Below, in pieces: positions 1 through 11,916 of a DNA stretch of 64,000 nucleotides. Within the stretch, counting starts at the first letter, position 1, and each line of letters starts with the position of its first letter. Both the position numbers and the translations under genes were made by a program. Origin of the DNA: Diadema antillarum (taxonomy: Eukaryota); contig NW_027271682.1 in NCBI RefSeq assembly GCF_040938485.1, positions 930,001 through 994,000 of the forward strand, read 5' to 3'. The notes beneath the pieces are model-generated. The model was given only the letters and a program-made list of their open reading frames with translations. It was not told the DNA's origin and made no database searches.

Positions 1-324
1 TTCGCTATTGTTGTAAGTCCAATCACTGCATTTCTCTGTCGCATTGCTCACGGAGTAGTTGGTAAACAGCTCACAACTGGAGTACACCGGAGTATCCTCC
101 TCACCCCCATCCCCGAGAGAGTCGGGTTCGACCGGGTAGAGTTCCCATGGCTCCCCGTCGAGGTCGTCGCTCGAGCAGCGGTGGTCCGGCACCGCCCCCA
201 AGAAGCTGATGGCGAGCATGTGCCATGACTGCGTCCACTGGCCGACGAGGCAAATGAGCACGTACACGATCGACTGGTAGCAACCGAAGTCGCCAAGAAG
301 TTGCAACGCCTCGTCCAGCTCCAT
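1..324 (-). CDS. SLC22-family organic cation/anion transporter (Orct-like), first coding exon, truncated by window edge
   Basis: Manual translation from the minus-strand ATG at 324 is open to position 1: MELDEALQLLGDFGCYQSIVYVLICLVGQWTQSWHMLAISFLGAVPDHRCSS...YSSCELF.NYS.SNATEKCSDWTYNNSE. This matches the SLC22 N-terminal pattern (xDxxLxxLGxFGxYQ, TM1, PxHxC, Cys- and N-glycan-rich extracellular loop). It is absent from the ORF track because it has no stop in the window. Confidence 0.88.
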   Translation of the reverse strand, partial: MELDEALQLLGDFGCYQSIVYVLICLVGQWTQSWHMLAISFLGAVPDHRCSSDDLDGEPWELYPVEPDSLGDGGEEDTPVYSSCELFTNYSVSNATEKCSDWTYNNSE

Positions 325-1427
325 GACATACTACGATTTCGAACACATATCGCTGCAATTAACACACTACTACTACACTGCAGGCAGGTGTACAGTATAG
401 TTATGTTGACAAGCAAGACAAGACAGAATGGACTGTGTACACAAGTGGTACACAGATTTATTACATGTACATGTACTATCAAACTAACTATTCTTATCAT
501 AATTGTGTGTGAGGCCAGCACACCGCGAACGTACACACGTATACTAGTAAACACTGTACTCTGCTCAAACACTACTGGGCAAAGTCCTGAAGACTGTCAG
601 AAGAAATTTCGGTCTCTCACCTGCTCTCTCCTTCTGTCTCTCTCCTTCTCCCTGTCACGTAAATTCACGTGAACCATTTCTTAACCAGGTCAGTTAAAGA
701 AAGGTTCCACCTCCATGACATCACGGTTGTGTCATAATGATCAAAGTTCCTTCGACGTTCAATTATTATTTGTTCTATATATACGCGATTATCAATTCAA
801 TTCAATTCAATTCAATTCATTTATTTTTCATTCTTCTTTTTTCAACAAAACATAACGCATAATATATTTGGAATTACATCATAAACATAAACATTCGACT
901 TTGTGAAAGATAAATGATACAAATAAACAAAAGAATGCATACTGGCAAAAAAGTACAAAGTTATGCTTCAATTGAGGAAAAAGAAAGAACTGAGAGGTCC
1001 ACTAAAAAGCAAGCTTGTATGTTGTGAACCACTCAAAAATGAACAAACTTATGAATTACTTATATACAAATACTTATCACAGTTATAATTTACGACAGAA
1101 CGGAACAAGAGAGGAGAAATACAAAAGACATGACAACACTTGACAAAAAAGACGGAAAGAATGGGGAGAGAGAAAGGAAAAGAAAAAAAAGAGAAAGAGA
1201 ATAAGAGAATGAGAGAATGCCTATACGCTGAACTAGGGAAATGGAACAGGGGGTGATTGAGAATGTGCTTCAGAGGGCTGGTACTGCACGCAGCTGTGCA
1301 GGGATTTAATGGCTATTGCATAATAATCCATGCAATCCATTACGTAATAATGAAGTCAGTAAACGAAAGATTGGTGGATGGATGATGAACCCTGAGGTTG
1401 ATGAGATCTAACTAAGGACGAAATATA

Positions 1428-4400
1428 TCAAAGAGGATTTAACAGAAATGATTTCAACTTGCGCTTAAAAGAATGCAAAGAAGGGGAATTTTTTATTTCA
1501 CAGCTTAATGAATTCCAAAATCTAGGACCGGTGTATATAAATGTACTCTGAGCTAATAAAGTTCTCAGGAGGGGCAAATGAAACTCATTAGATTGTCTAG
1601 TTGGATAATTATGAAAAAACTGATTCCGTGGAAACATTGAATTGAAAATACTGGGAAGTGCATTTGCATTGTAATTAAACATAAACTGACCAAGTTGAAA
1701 AAAATACAAATCTTTGATTTTCAAAATCTTATATTTAGTAAACAATGGCTCTGAATGGGAACGTGGCGGGACGCCGCATATGATACGAAGTACCTTTTTC
1801 TGCAGTAATAGTAATTTATCTAATAAAGTTTGATGGGCACTACCCCATGCTAGGAGTCCGTAATTAAGATACGGTAAAATCAGAGAAAAATACAAGGTCA
1901 ACAAAGAGGACATTGGAATATAAGACTTGAGTCTATTTATGATACCAATATTACGTGAAATGATTGTACTAATGTTAATAATGTGCGGTCTCCATGAAAG
2001 TTTATCATCCACTGTGATACCAAGGAATTTTATATGAGATACACGTTCTAACAGAGTGTCATCAAAAATGATATTTGTGCGCAAAGCTTCTACAGAATTG
2101 CTAAAAAGCATATACTTAGTTTTCTTGAGATTAAGTGATAATTTATTAGCTCTTATCCACTGAGTAACTTTTTTCAGTTCAGAATTAACAATGCTTACGA
2201 GAGTATCTGGATTTCGGTGAGAAAAGAAAACATTGGAATCATCAGCAAAAAGTATAAATGAGAGTATATCAGATGATCTACAAAAGTCATTAATATAAAT
2301 AATAAAAAGTAATGGTCCTAATAAGCTACCCTGTGGGACGCCACATTTGATAAATTCTAAATTTGAGTCATTCTCGTTCAGAGATACATATTGTTTTCGA
2401 TTTTGTAGGTAACTCCTGAACCACTCCAAGGCCTTCCCCCGTATTCCATAATGAGACAATTTATATAATAAAATGTCATGATTTATCGTATCGAAGGCCT
2501 TGGAGAAGTCCAGGAAGATACCAATAAGATGAGAATGATTATCAATAGTATGCGCGGCGTGGTCAATAAATTTCAAAAGGGCATGAATGGTACTGTGTTT
2601 CTGACGAAACCCAAATTGAGAATTTGTAAAAACATTATGAAAATTAAGAAAATTAATTGTTCTTACAAACACCAATTTTTCCAAAATTTTAGATAAGGAT
2701 GAAAGCAAAGAAATGGGTCTATAATTACTTACATCAAATTCATCTCCTTTTTTAAATAAAGGAAAAACCTTAGCTATTTTCATAATTTCAGGAAAAACAC
2801 CACTTAGTATAGATTTATTGAAAATATATGAAAGTGGGTCAGCAATTGATGATATAATTCCCTTTAAAATGAAATTACTTATATCATCATAACCGGCACT
2901 TCGTTTATTATTCATTGCAGTAACAATATCTATTATTTCATATTTGGTAGTTGGAACAAAAAAAATTGAACTAGAATTAGGCTGACCTAAGAATGTAGAA
3001 AAATGCATATTTGACTGTGGTACTTTTTCTGCCAGATTTTCCCCAATCATTGAAAAATAAGAATTAAAAATATTAACTATATCATTAGGATCTTCAACAA
3101 TTTTATTATCATATTTTAACTTTGTAATATTTAATTTCTTTTTTGATATATTCATAGCCTGCTTCAATATCTTCCATGTATTCTTTATATCATGTTTATA
3201 TTTCTCTAACTGAATCATATAATATTTCCTCTTTTCCAACCGTATAATCTTCGTTAAGATATTTCTATACGAAGTGTATTTATTTTTTGACTTCTCAGTT
3301 TTTTTCATTTTGAATTTATAATATAACCTATTTTTCCTATTTATTGAACGCAGAACAGATTTTGAAATCCATGGAAGTTTAGGAGACGTTTTATAATTAA
3401 CTAACTTATCTTTTATTTTAGGAATATATTCATCTAAATATTTATTCATAATCCCTGAAAAATTTTCAAATGATGCATTTACGTCATCATTATCATAAAC
3501 ACTAGACCAGTCAGCCCTATCTAAGCAAGCACCAAGGCTAGCCAAATTTTCCGGTGAAGCTCTACGTCTAAATGAAGAAAATTGAAACTTATTAACCAAA
3601 TGTTTAAGATCAAAACATGTTATAATAGGGAAATGATCAGTTATATCAGATAAAATTATAGCAGAATTTAAAATCTGCACAGAATTAGAAAAAATATTAT
3701 CAAGGAGGGTTGCGGAGTGATTTGTAACACGAGTTGGCTTCGAAATTAGTGGCAAGAAGGAGGCTGACAAAAACATTTCAAGAAATTCTTGAGATGTGAT
3801 ATCATCATTCCTAATCAAATCAATATTAAAATCACCCATTATAAAAATGCTTTTATTGATAAACAAAGGACTTTTTAATAAATTTGTCATACAATTTAAA
3901 AAATCCTTGGAACTAGAACTTGGGGGTCTATAAACAATACCAATTATAATATTCTTACTTTGCGGAATACAAATTTCCACAAACAAAGTCTCTACAATTT
4001 CATTCATTACATTTAATTCATCACAAACACTAAATTCAAATTTTTCAGATAAATAAAAAGCGACTCCACCACCCGTCCTGTTTACTCTGTTGTTAACAAT
4101 AAACTCATAACCATTTAACGCATACGGCAAATTAACGTCAAATGATAACCATGTTTCAGTTAAACCTATTACTGAAATTTGTTGTTTATTTTGATTATCT
4201 AATAATATCTGCAACTCATCAAAATGTTTATTAATACTCCTTATATTTAAATGTAACATAGAAAATATGCTTTGTGAAAAACTTTTTGTATAATCTTTAA
4301 ACTGGTCAACAGTTACATATTTAGAAGAAATTTGAGGGGAGTCATATTCAAAATCAAAATCATTATATATATCTTTTGAAGATGAGTTTACATTATTAAC

Positions 4401-4541
4401 AATAAGATCGTCAAAAAAAGCAGACGATTGTGACTTATTCCGACTTAATTCCGAAGGGGAACGTCTAAACAGATCAAAGAGTTCATCATCATCTAGGGAA
4501 TCAAATGCTACATTAAGTCGATTAGCCATAAAAAGAGGCAT
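1428..4541 (-). CDS. LINE ORF2: AP-endonuclease + reverse transcriptase (1037 aa, uninterrupted)
   Basis: APE motifs HLNIRS, GLTETWL, GDFNIDL, LLDNIF, TDHFPI. RT motifs YRPISLL, QFGFR, FLDFSKAFDTI, GVPQGSLLGPLLF, LFADD, KFLG. The C-terminus has the CR1/L2-like HNYPTR...GPRFWNSL. Confidence 0.96.
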   Translation of the reverse strand: MPLFMANRLNVAFDSLDDDELFDLFRRSPSELSRNKSQSSAFFDDLIVNNVNSSSKDIYNDFDFEYDSPQISSKYVTVDQFKDYTKSFSQSIFSMLHLNIRSINKHFDELQILLDNQNKQQISVIGLTETWLSFDVNLPYALNGYEFIVNNRVNRTGGGVAFYLSEKFEFSVCDELNVMNEIVETLFVEICIPQSKNIIIGIVYRPPSSSSKDFLNCMTNLLKSPLFINKSIFIMGDFNIDLIRNDDITSQEFLEMFLSASFLPLISKPTRVTNHSATLLDNIFSNSVQILNSAIILSDITDHFPIITCFDLKHLVNKFQFSSFRRRASPENLASLGACLDRADWSSVYDNDDVNASFENFSGIMNKYLDEYIPKIKDKLVNYKTSPKLPWISKSVLRSINRKNRLYYKFKMKKTEKSKNKYTSYRNILTKIIRLEKRKYYMIQLEKYKHDIKNTWKILKQAMNISKKKLNITKLKYDNKIVEDPNDIVNIFNSYFSMIGENLAEKVPQSNMHFSTFLGQPNSSSIFFVPTTKYEIIDIVTAMNNKRSAGYDDISNFILKGIISSIADPLSYIFNKSILSGVFPEIMKIAKVFPLFKKGDEFDVSNYRPISLLSSLSKILEKLVFVRTINFLNFHNVFTNSQFGFRQKHSTIHALLKFIDHAAHTIDNHSHLIGIFLDFSKAFDTINHDILLYKLSHYGIRGKALEWFRSYLQNRKQYVSLNENDSNLEFIKCGVPQGSLLGPLLFIIYINDFCRSSDILSFILFADDSNVFFSHRNPDTLVSIVNSELKKVTQWIRANKLSLNLKKTKYMLFSNSVEALRTNIIFDDTLLERVSHIKFLGITVDDKLSWRPHIINISTIISRNIGIINRLKSYIPMSSLLTLYFSLILPYLNYGLLAWGSAHQTLLDKLLLLQKKVLRIICGVPPRSHSEPLFTKYKILKIKDLYFFQLGQFMFNYNANALPSIFNSMFPRNQFFHNYPTRQSNEFHLPLLRTLLAQSTFIYTGPRFWNSLSCEIKNSPSLHSFKRKLKSFLLNPL

Positions 4542-6035
4542 AACGTATATGAAGGCATGTCAACTGACGAGTTAGCAAAGGAATGAAATTTTTTGGCACA
4601 AAAGATGCACGGACAATTCCGGGTTCACGGATAGTACAGCGAGTAGGCAAATTCACGAAAACATAGACTTTAGGCAACATAATCAAAGCACATAGAATAC
4701 ATAAACAACACAGGAAGAAAGCGTACACACAAATAGTCAAAGCCTGTAAAAGAACTTTGACAGAACCAGTGCAAAGCTTTTAAACGGCCATGGAGATAAA
4801 GATAGCTCCCGAATTTGGAAAAATCATTCGTTATTTATAGGAAATAATTATTGATTTATAGAATGAAAATATAAAAAATGGATAATAAATGCGTGTTAAC
4901 ATTAAAATAAAAATGAAAATAAAACCCCTTTCATATCTTGGATCATTATGTAATATCATAATATTATCAAGGCCCGGAAGTTTCACATTCATTTTACATT
5001 ATACACAAGGGGCATAACTAATCAGACTAAAATAATATGCTGACATTACAAATGTCGGACAACTGCTGAAATGAGTGAACAATATAATAATACTGACAGC
5101 CCTCGCAGGGGCAGACGGGGCAATAGCTGTATGTGAACTAGATGCCATGCTTACAAAAGGTGACAACGAAATACTGAAAACTTTCGCATGGGCAACAGCT
5201 GTATGAGAACTGAATACCTTACTTACAAAAGGGAAGGAAACAAAAACAACAACAACAACAGCTCACTCCAAAATCTCAGGGAAAGCGCTGTTCATATATT
5301 TGGATGCATGAATAAACCGGTCCTAATATTCAGAAAAGAATGTACTGTATGTCCCACCTCCGCTCCCGATTCAACCCTCCCGGAGTTTTTAAACGCACTG
5401 TTTGCATGTGTAATTTGTATTGTTTGACAAGGTGGGTGAAACGATGGAAATTATAGGCGTTCATGCATAAAAAGAGTAAAAAGAAATGAAACAACAAAGT
5501 GTTTGTTGAGAAGGGTGAAGAGGACGGAGATGGGATAGACAAATATTTCATAGGCATGTGTTAAAAAAAATACGGCATGTGAAATACTAGACTGTTTAAA
5601 CACATGCATATGCAATTCAGTTTTTACAAGGTGGGTGAACTTGCGAGGAATTGAGGCAGACAAACGACCTTCTCGGTCAAGTTTTACCCGGCATTGGCTT
5701 ACAAAAGGTACGAAACATGTGCGAAACAATTCACGCGTCCTGTTACATAACAGGTATATATAGAAAAAATGTGAAAACAGTTCACGCGCAATGTTACATA
5801 ACAGGGAAGGTATACAGGACGGATCCAAAGGCAGATTGAAATTATAGCTGATCTGGCTAAGTGGTTGAGGTGACTGCCCTCGATTAGGTGGGGGGGGGGT
5901 GTAAGGGATGAATAAGGAGAACATACACGTAATGACCCTCTGGTCGTATTCTAACTTGGGTTGAAACGAATGTATAATGATTGGAGAAAAAAAAAACATG
6001 GGCATTGTGAAAACGGATACAACTGAAGACATTAA

Positions 6036-6309
6036 GAGTATTGGGAAAACGACAATTAGAATCCAATTGGGGGTACACATGTATACATACATAAAATAAA
6101 TGCGTCTTATAGTGTGTGAATACCAGTGGGGGAGTGGAACAGGTTTCAAAACACACCTTGACCTTCAAGACATTATGAGTATTGGGAAAAAGACAATTAG
6201 AATCCAATTGGGGGTACACATGTATACATACATAAAGTAAATGCGTCTTATAGTGTGTAAATACCAATGGGAGAGTGGAACAGGTTTCAAAACACACCTT
6301 GACCTTCAA
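6036..6309. repeat. Tandem duplication (~141 bp x2) in the LINE inter-ORF spacer
   Basis: gagtattgggaaaa...acacaccttgaccttcaa occurs at ~6036 and ~6177 with few substitutions. Confidence 0.85.
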
Positions 6310-7306
6310 TGGAGGGGTATGGACCCTTAAAAACTGTACAAAGAATGCGTGTTATTTGGATTCCATAGCGTCTTATAATGCAAGAGTATGTTAAACACAT
6401 TATGAGTATAAGGCAAACGAAACAATCTAAGGAAAACACACAAGTGGATATCAATGGAGAGTGTATGAACGAGTTCTATGCACTCTGTATGCAATTGGAA
6501 TAAAAAGAATCATGTGGGAAATTGAATTACTGTAAATTGCCCAAGTGCCTTCAGTATCCTTCTTCAAGGGAGATACACAACAGAAATGTATACATACAAA
6601 TCGTAGATTTAGCTGGACGCATAGCAGACATCGGTTTTGATAGCATGAAAATAAATCGTTAACATAACACAAAATTTAGTTACTCATGGGCAGATTAAAA
6701 AAAGAGAAGATAACATACACTACTCAGTATTTTTTTTTTTGCATGGGGTAATTATAAATTTGAGCATGATGATTTCAGACAAAAACATGCGATATTGGAG
6801 GAATGTGGAGGACATGCTATGTATCGCGTCAGTGACTTTAGTGACAGTTTTGGAGTGAGGCTTACAACAGCAATGTATTGAATTCACAATTCAGTTGATC
6901 TCGTAACAGACAATAACATGATTGTAAGATGAGTCACTGTATACAAAAGGTGGTGTTTATTATAATTTACTGTATAGTTCAACAATAAATCACAATATTA
7001 TTTAGGGGTAATTTGCTATATAATTTACCATTTAATTTGGGGGGAATTAGGGGTAAGCCACATGGCGACTGGTTTGAAGTGAAAATATAAGAACGGATAA
7101 TTAAGACAGAGATTCAGAACCACCAATTACTTCGGCAGGAAAATAAAAGCAACAAACATCTACAGTTGCATGCAGTACTTATTGTACTGTTTAAAGTATG
7201 AGATAGAGAAAAAATATGAATGGAGCGAAAATAACATCAATTCACATTAGAGACAGACTGTAATATCCAAGAGAAAAACAAATTGGAATGATACTAATCT
7301 CACATG

Positions 7307-8437
7307 TTATTCCTTCCAGTCAGTCCAACGGTCGGCGTTCCCTCCATTTCGTGCACTTTTCCTGGTTTGGAGGATGACTTTGGTTCCAACTACCTTTATC
7401 CTGGTCGATAGGTCATTGTTTTTTCTGATGTTGTATGCCGTTGCTGCCAGTCTCCCTCTCTCGCGCTTCATCTTTGGCGGAAGATCAGTACGGATGGAGA
7501 CTCGACTGAAGGGATTCGGGGCTGGAGACGCGTCACTACCAGGAGGAGGGGGTTGCTGGCCTTGGTCACGGCGATGGCGGGGGCGATGCTCGTAGGCGTT
7601 CAAGAGCCGGTCTCTATCCGTCATGCGTGCGAATCTTATGATGAGAGCCGGTGGCTGGCGTCCAGAGTCATGGGGTCCACGATTAGCTGGGGGCAAGCGA
7701 TGAGCATTGATGATGGGTATCGACGAGGCCTCCGTTGTGGAGATGTTCAGGAAGTTGGTAAGTACTTCAGTGACAACTTCATGAATGTTTTCGTTCTGTT
7801 TAGGTGGTACGCCATAGACAAGGAGATTTTGCTTCCTGTCATGTATTTCGCTCAGGGTAAGTTTTTCATTCAATTCCTCGATTTTGTTGTCGATATAGCT
7901 ACGCAGCTGAGGAAGGGTATCCCTCTCCACTGTGCACAGCCGATCAGAAGCATCAGTTAGTCCCGTTTCCAGGTCAGAAACCGTCTTTTTCGTGCATGCA
8001 AGGTCAGTCTTGAGCGAAGCTATTTCGTTCACTACAGAGTCAAGTTTCGTGTTTACCTGACTCGTGAAGGAGCGAAACATGTCCTTAATTTCCCTCATGA
8101 ATGAGAGGAGTTCAGGAGGCGCGGCTGCTGTAGGGACCGGCTGGTCGCTGGACTCAAACAGGGACGCATTGCTAGTTGTAGACGTAGCTGAAGTGTTGGC
8201 GGGCGAGGCTCCGCCCATGGTGCTGCTCGTGGCGCCACAAGTAGATCCGCTGGTCTGCATAGCTCCCTGTGTGCTTGAATTTCGAGTAACACAACCACTG
8301 AGATTTGACGGTTCCTTTCTCGTATTTGATGACGGTTGCTTAGGTTTTCCACTTGTCTGAGAGCGGAAATTATAATCCCTTCTCCTTACATCCATAATGT
8401 GAAGAAATATGATCCAAATACGGCGTATTTCCACCAA
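7307..8437 (-). CDS. LINE ORF1 protein, L1-type (coiled coil + RRM + CTD)
   Basis: A Ser/Thr-rich N-terminus and heptad-like region (LDSVVNEIASLKTDLACTKKTVSDLETGL) are followed by DRKQNLLVYGVP, AHRL, PPALIIRF and SIRTDLP...RERGRL. These are typical of L1/Transposase_22-like ORF1p. The true start is probably MDVRRRDY. Confidence 0.85.
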   Translation of the reverse strand: MVEIRRIWIIFLHIMDVRRRDYNFRSQTSGKPKQPSSNTRKEPSNLSGCVTRNSSTQGAMQTSGSTCGATSSTMGGASPANTSATSTTSNASLFESSDQPVPTAAAPPELLSFMREIKDMFRSFTSQVNTKLDSVVNEIASLKTDLACTKKTVSDLETGLTDASDRLCTVERDTLPQLRSYIDNKIEELNEKLTLSEIHDRKQNLLVYGVPPKQNENIHEVVTEVLTNFLNISTTEASSIPIINAHRLPPANRGPHDSGRQPPALIIRFARMTDRDRLLNAYEHRPRHRRDQGQQPPPPGSDASPAPNPFSRVSIRTDLPPKMKRERGRLAATAYNIRKNNDLSTRIKVVGTKVILQTRKSARNGGNADRWTDWKE

Positions 8438-10700
8438 AATTGGGAATATAAACGGGAGCTCTCTACAAAAGCGTTGCCGCTACTCCGACATCACGTGGCT
8501 ATCAATCAATCATATACAGCGTTTGAATATCCATTGATGTTATTAAAGCTTAACATTCTTAATCGTAACATTATGTTATCATCCCGTGTATACCTTGAAT
8601 GTTTCAACTTCCAACTCATACCAAACTTTTTTTCTCTCTCTCACGTTCGAATTATGGATGAAGTAAACTAAAGCAGACAGACAGAGCACGGACGTCTAAC
8701 CTTGATGTGATCATAGGCGATAATTATTATATAATTTGTTTTGTAACACGTTAACACATTAGTTACCTTTCTTACTGCAGAAATATAAGAATACATCAGA
8801 CAACTTTGAGGAAATTTGGAAAAGCAGCGTTGAATTGCAAGAGTTTAGATTAACTGTTTTTTTTCTATCTATAATATTACATACATGCAACTTTTCGTGT
8901 TAAAGCATTAAGAATATTCTACAAAAGTTATACTTTATAAAAAGTGCACATTTTTAATGGTGTGTTATTTCCCTGCTTTCCGAAAGCAAAGTCAGGTGCT
9001 ATTTCATTAGAATCTATTGCGGCTCTATAAGTTTCCTTTATTTGATTGTTGGTCTAACCTGCGAATTATAATTGTTATGTCTTCTTTTCCAATAAAGGCG
9101 GCACATGGATTTAACCAAACTTTGACGATTTGTAACTGTTGAACGAGTTTCCCGATTTCCCTAAAACTTCACTGAATGCATGGCATCCAGCTTTGGAGTA
9201 AATTCTCGTTATCAGGCTTATGGAAAGAAATATCATACTCTAATAGCGCCTTGAACAGCGACCATTATGATGCGCTGTGAGTTGTAGTTGAACCTGAAAT
9301 ACCTCTGCATCGAACACCATATTGGTCCCAGTATTTGTATTCAATATCAGCAAGGTCAAAGGGCGTAAGAGGTCAAAAGGTTTGAAATTCCAGTCGTAGA
9401 GAGAGAGAGAGAGCGGGAGAAATATAATTATGGATCCCTGAGCGTATATTTAGGTATATACTGCACAAAATTGGGCTGTAAACATTGAAAGATGTATATG
9501 ATGGGGTATTTACGATGGATATACAATAACCAACAGCTCTTTCATGCGACATCTTAAGCAAGTGGTTTGTTTGTTTGTTTGTTTGTTTGTCTTTAAATCT
9601 ATCAGTATCTGATTTGTGCGTTTAGCATGTCTGTCAGACAAAATGCGGTTATAAGGGCGAGCTCGCCTAAAACTCCTCTGTCAAATTCTTGTCAGTGTTT
9701 TGCATTTTTGAAAGCGATAACATCACAACGTGTCGTTATGGAAAGAAAGTGAGATTTTAAAGGGCATTAATATCGTGCCCATAGTGTGTATAGCCTAGCT
9801 ACTGCTACTCGCATAAGAACTGTGATTAAAGCTATATTCTGCGATACTGTAATGGAAAAAGAAAATTACATGAACTTTGTTCCATTTCTTAGAATGCAAG
9901 CAATGACTTATGAGGGCATGCATTCTATGTTATGATGGTTTTGAGCTCTCACGCTTTGACGATATTGTTATACGTTGATCAAGTTGAGCACTTCTTTTTT
10001 TTTTCTTATACACGTATCGGTAAATTAATCATGGCTGAATTGAATATGAGTGACGAACGTAAATAAGCTTTCGAAGTTAGGTAAAGAGCATTGTCATTTT
10101 ACGGAGAATTTGGGTGGGTTTTTGTTAAACTAAATTCAGCCAATATTGTGTAATGCATTTCCATGTTATTTTTTTTTTCGTCGCGCCCTCTAATAACAAA
10201 TTTAATATTCTACCACTGCTATCACCTGTAGTACTATACCTTCTTCCGTAAATCACATTTTTAATTGTACGATTGATGCAAATTTTATGGTTAATTTTTG
10301 TCAGACGGCACTTCGTATGTTTCATAGCTTCACTCTGGTGTATTATACTCTTCTAGTAATAATGGGATGACGATCTTATAACATGACACTTCTTTACACT
10401 TTTCATGATTCTGATACCGGCCTTTCCTATACCACTATACATGTACGTTACTACCCGCAGCGCTGAGATACTGTTACTATATGCTGCTCCCACTCTATAC
10501 TAGTCTACAATCACTATAGTTACAGAAAATGTAAATGTCTACAGGCTATATAATGGATTCTTATAATGAAATACTATTTGAGAATGTTTTCTCATTATAT
10601 GACATCATATATTCTATCCTCAGCCACTCGAGTAATTCCCGCTGTCAAGAAGTTTTTGAAGGACGGTGGTAATGAAGTCATCGACTTTGCATATCAGAAT

Positions 10701-10990
10701 CAGGGGCGGATCCAGGAATTCCGTAAAGGAGAGGTGCCTTTACAAAATTAAGGGGGGATAAGGGGGGATTTTGTTCACCTCCATTCGACTGTTTCATCAT
10801 CTTTTCTATCCCCTGCAACGATCACCTCTTCATTGCCATGAAGCCTGCTCAAGTTTTGCTCCACATCTGCCACTTCCTCGTTTGCGGATACTAGATCCAC
10901 ACACACACTATTTTTTAAATCTATATTTCTCTCGTAATTAAAAAAAAAAAATGAGGGGCGCCCGATGCGCCCCCTCTGGATCCTCCACTG
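10701..10990. mobile_element. MITE with caggggcggatccag / ctggatcctccactg TIRs
   Basis: 15-bp imperfect TIRs, with an agaat direct repeat immediately on both sides (10696-10700, 10991-10995). It contains an inverted copy of 11451-11573. Confidence 0.75.
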
Positions 10991-11284
10991 AGAATGACAT
11001 CCCAAGTAAGGATATGTCGGACGAAAACATCAGCAACATTGATGGAATTAGAGATCCTTAAAGGCATTCGAGAAACTTTAAGAGTACTAGAGTATCAGGG
11101 TGAGACCACTGAGGGAGAAGTTGCTGAAACAAAGGTGGAATGTGGGAGGAAAAAACAAGATAGACCACTGTTGACGAAGGGGAAAACGGCTGGGGATAGT
11201 GTGGTAGACAAAGAGGAGAAGTCTGAGATAACAACCGCGATAGAGGACGAGGCTGAGCAGTGGACTGAGGATGCTGCACTGCAT

Positions 11285-11315
<31 letters not shown>

Positions 11316-11916
11316 AGGAGGAGGAGGAGGATGAGGAGGAGGAGGAGGAGGAGGAGGATCTATATTCAATTGGATTTTCGCCCTGGGGAAGAAAGACGAG
11401 TTGGAGAAATGCACATCCCATTGTATATAAAGGCAGCATTGCAAGGGATGTAGTATCCGCAAACGAGGAAGTGGCAGATGTGGAGCAGAACTTGAGCAGG
11501 CTTCATGGCAATGAAGAGGTGATCGTTGCAGGGGATAGAAAAGATGATGAAACAGTAGAATGGAGGTGAATAAAAACACTTCGCGTGCAGTGTGAAAGGG
11601 AACATGTGTTAAAAATGAAGAAACAAATCAGTTTTCCAGAAGATGCAAATGGGGGGGGGGGGGGATGTATACCTCTGAAAACCCGGAGATGGCTGCGGCA
11701 CCTATTACCGGAGAAGACGACACAAGCGTGCACCCGCGCGGTGTCTGAAATAAAGACTATTAGACAGGATAGACAGATAGATGGGAAGGATGGGGAGGAT
11801 AACAAAATGGACTCGGCAGCGAAAGAGTGCAAATAGGATGAGGAAGAGGAAGCAGAGATTAAAAAGCTGGTGGAGTGCGAAGAAAAATATGGGCAGGAGC
11901 CTCTGGAGGACATTAA

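Larger units (their letters stand above)
792..8700 (-). mobile_element. Apparently full-length non-LTR retrotransposon (CR1/L2-group LINE) with ORF1, long spacer, ORF2 and (TTGAA)n tail
   Basis: ORF1 (7307-8437) and ORF2 (1428-4541) are co-oriented. A ~600-bp 3' UTR ends in AATAAA followed by a (TTGAA)n microsatellite, seen on plus as tcaattcaattc at ~792-820. The 5' boundary is approximate, and the linkage of ORF1 to ORF2 is inferred. Confidence 0.7.

Noticed and set aside
48-672. ORF-track entries 48..572, 101..358 and 301..672
   Set aside because: These are alternative or antisense frames over the real SLC22 exon (minus, 324 to 1).
11058-11453. Poly-Pro/His, poly-Ser and poly-Arg/Met ORFs
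   Set aside because: Alternative frames of the (GCT)(GAT)(GAG) triplet run.
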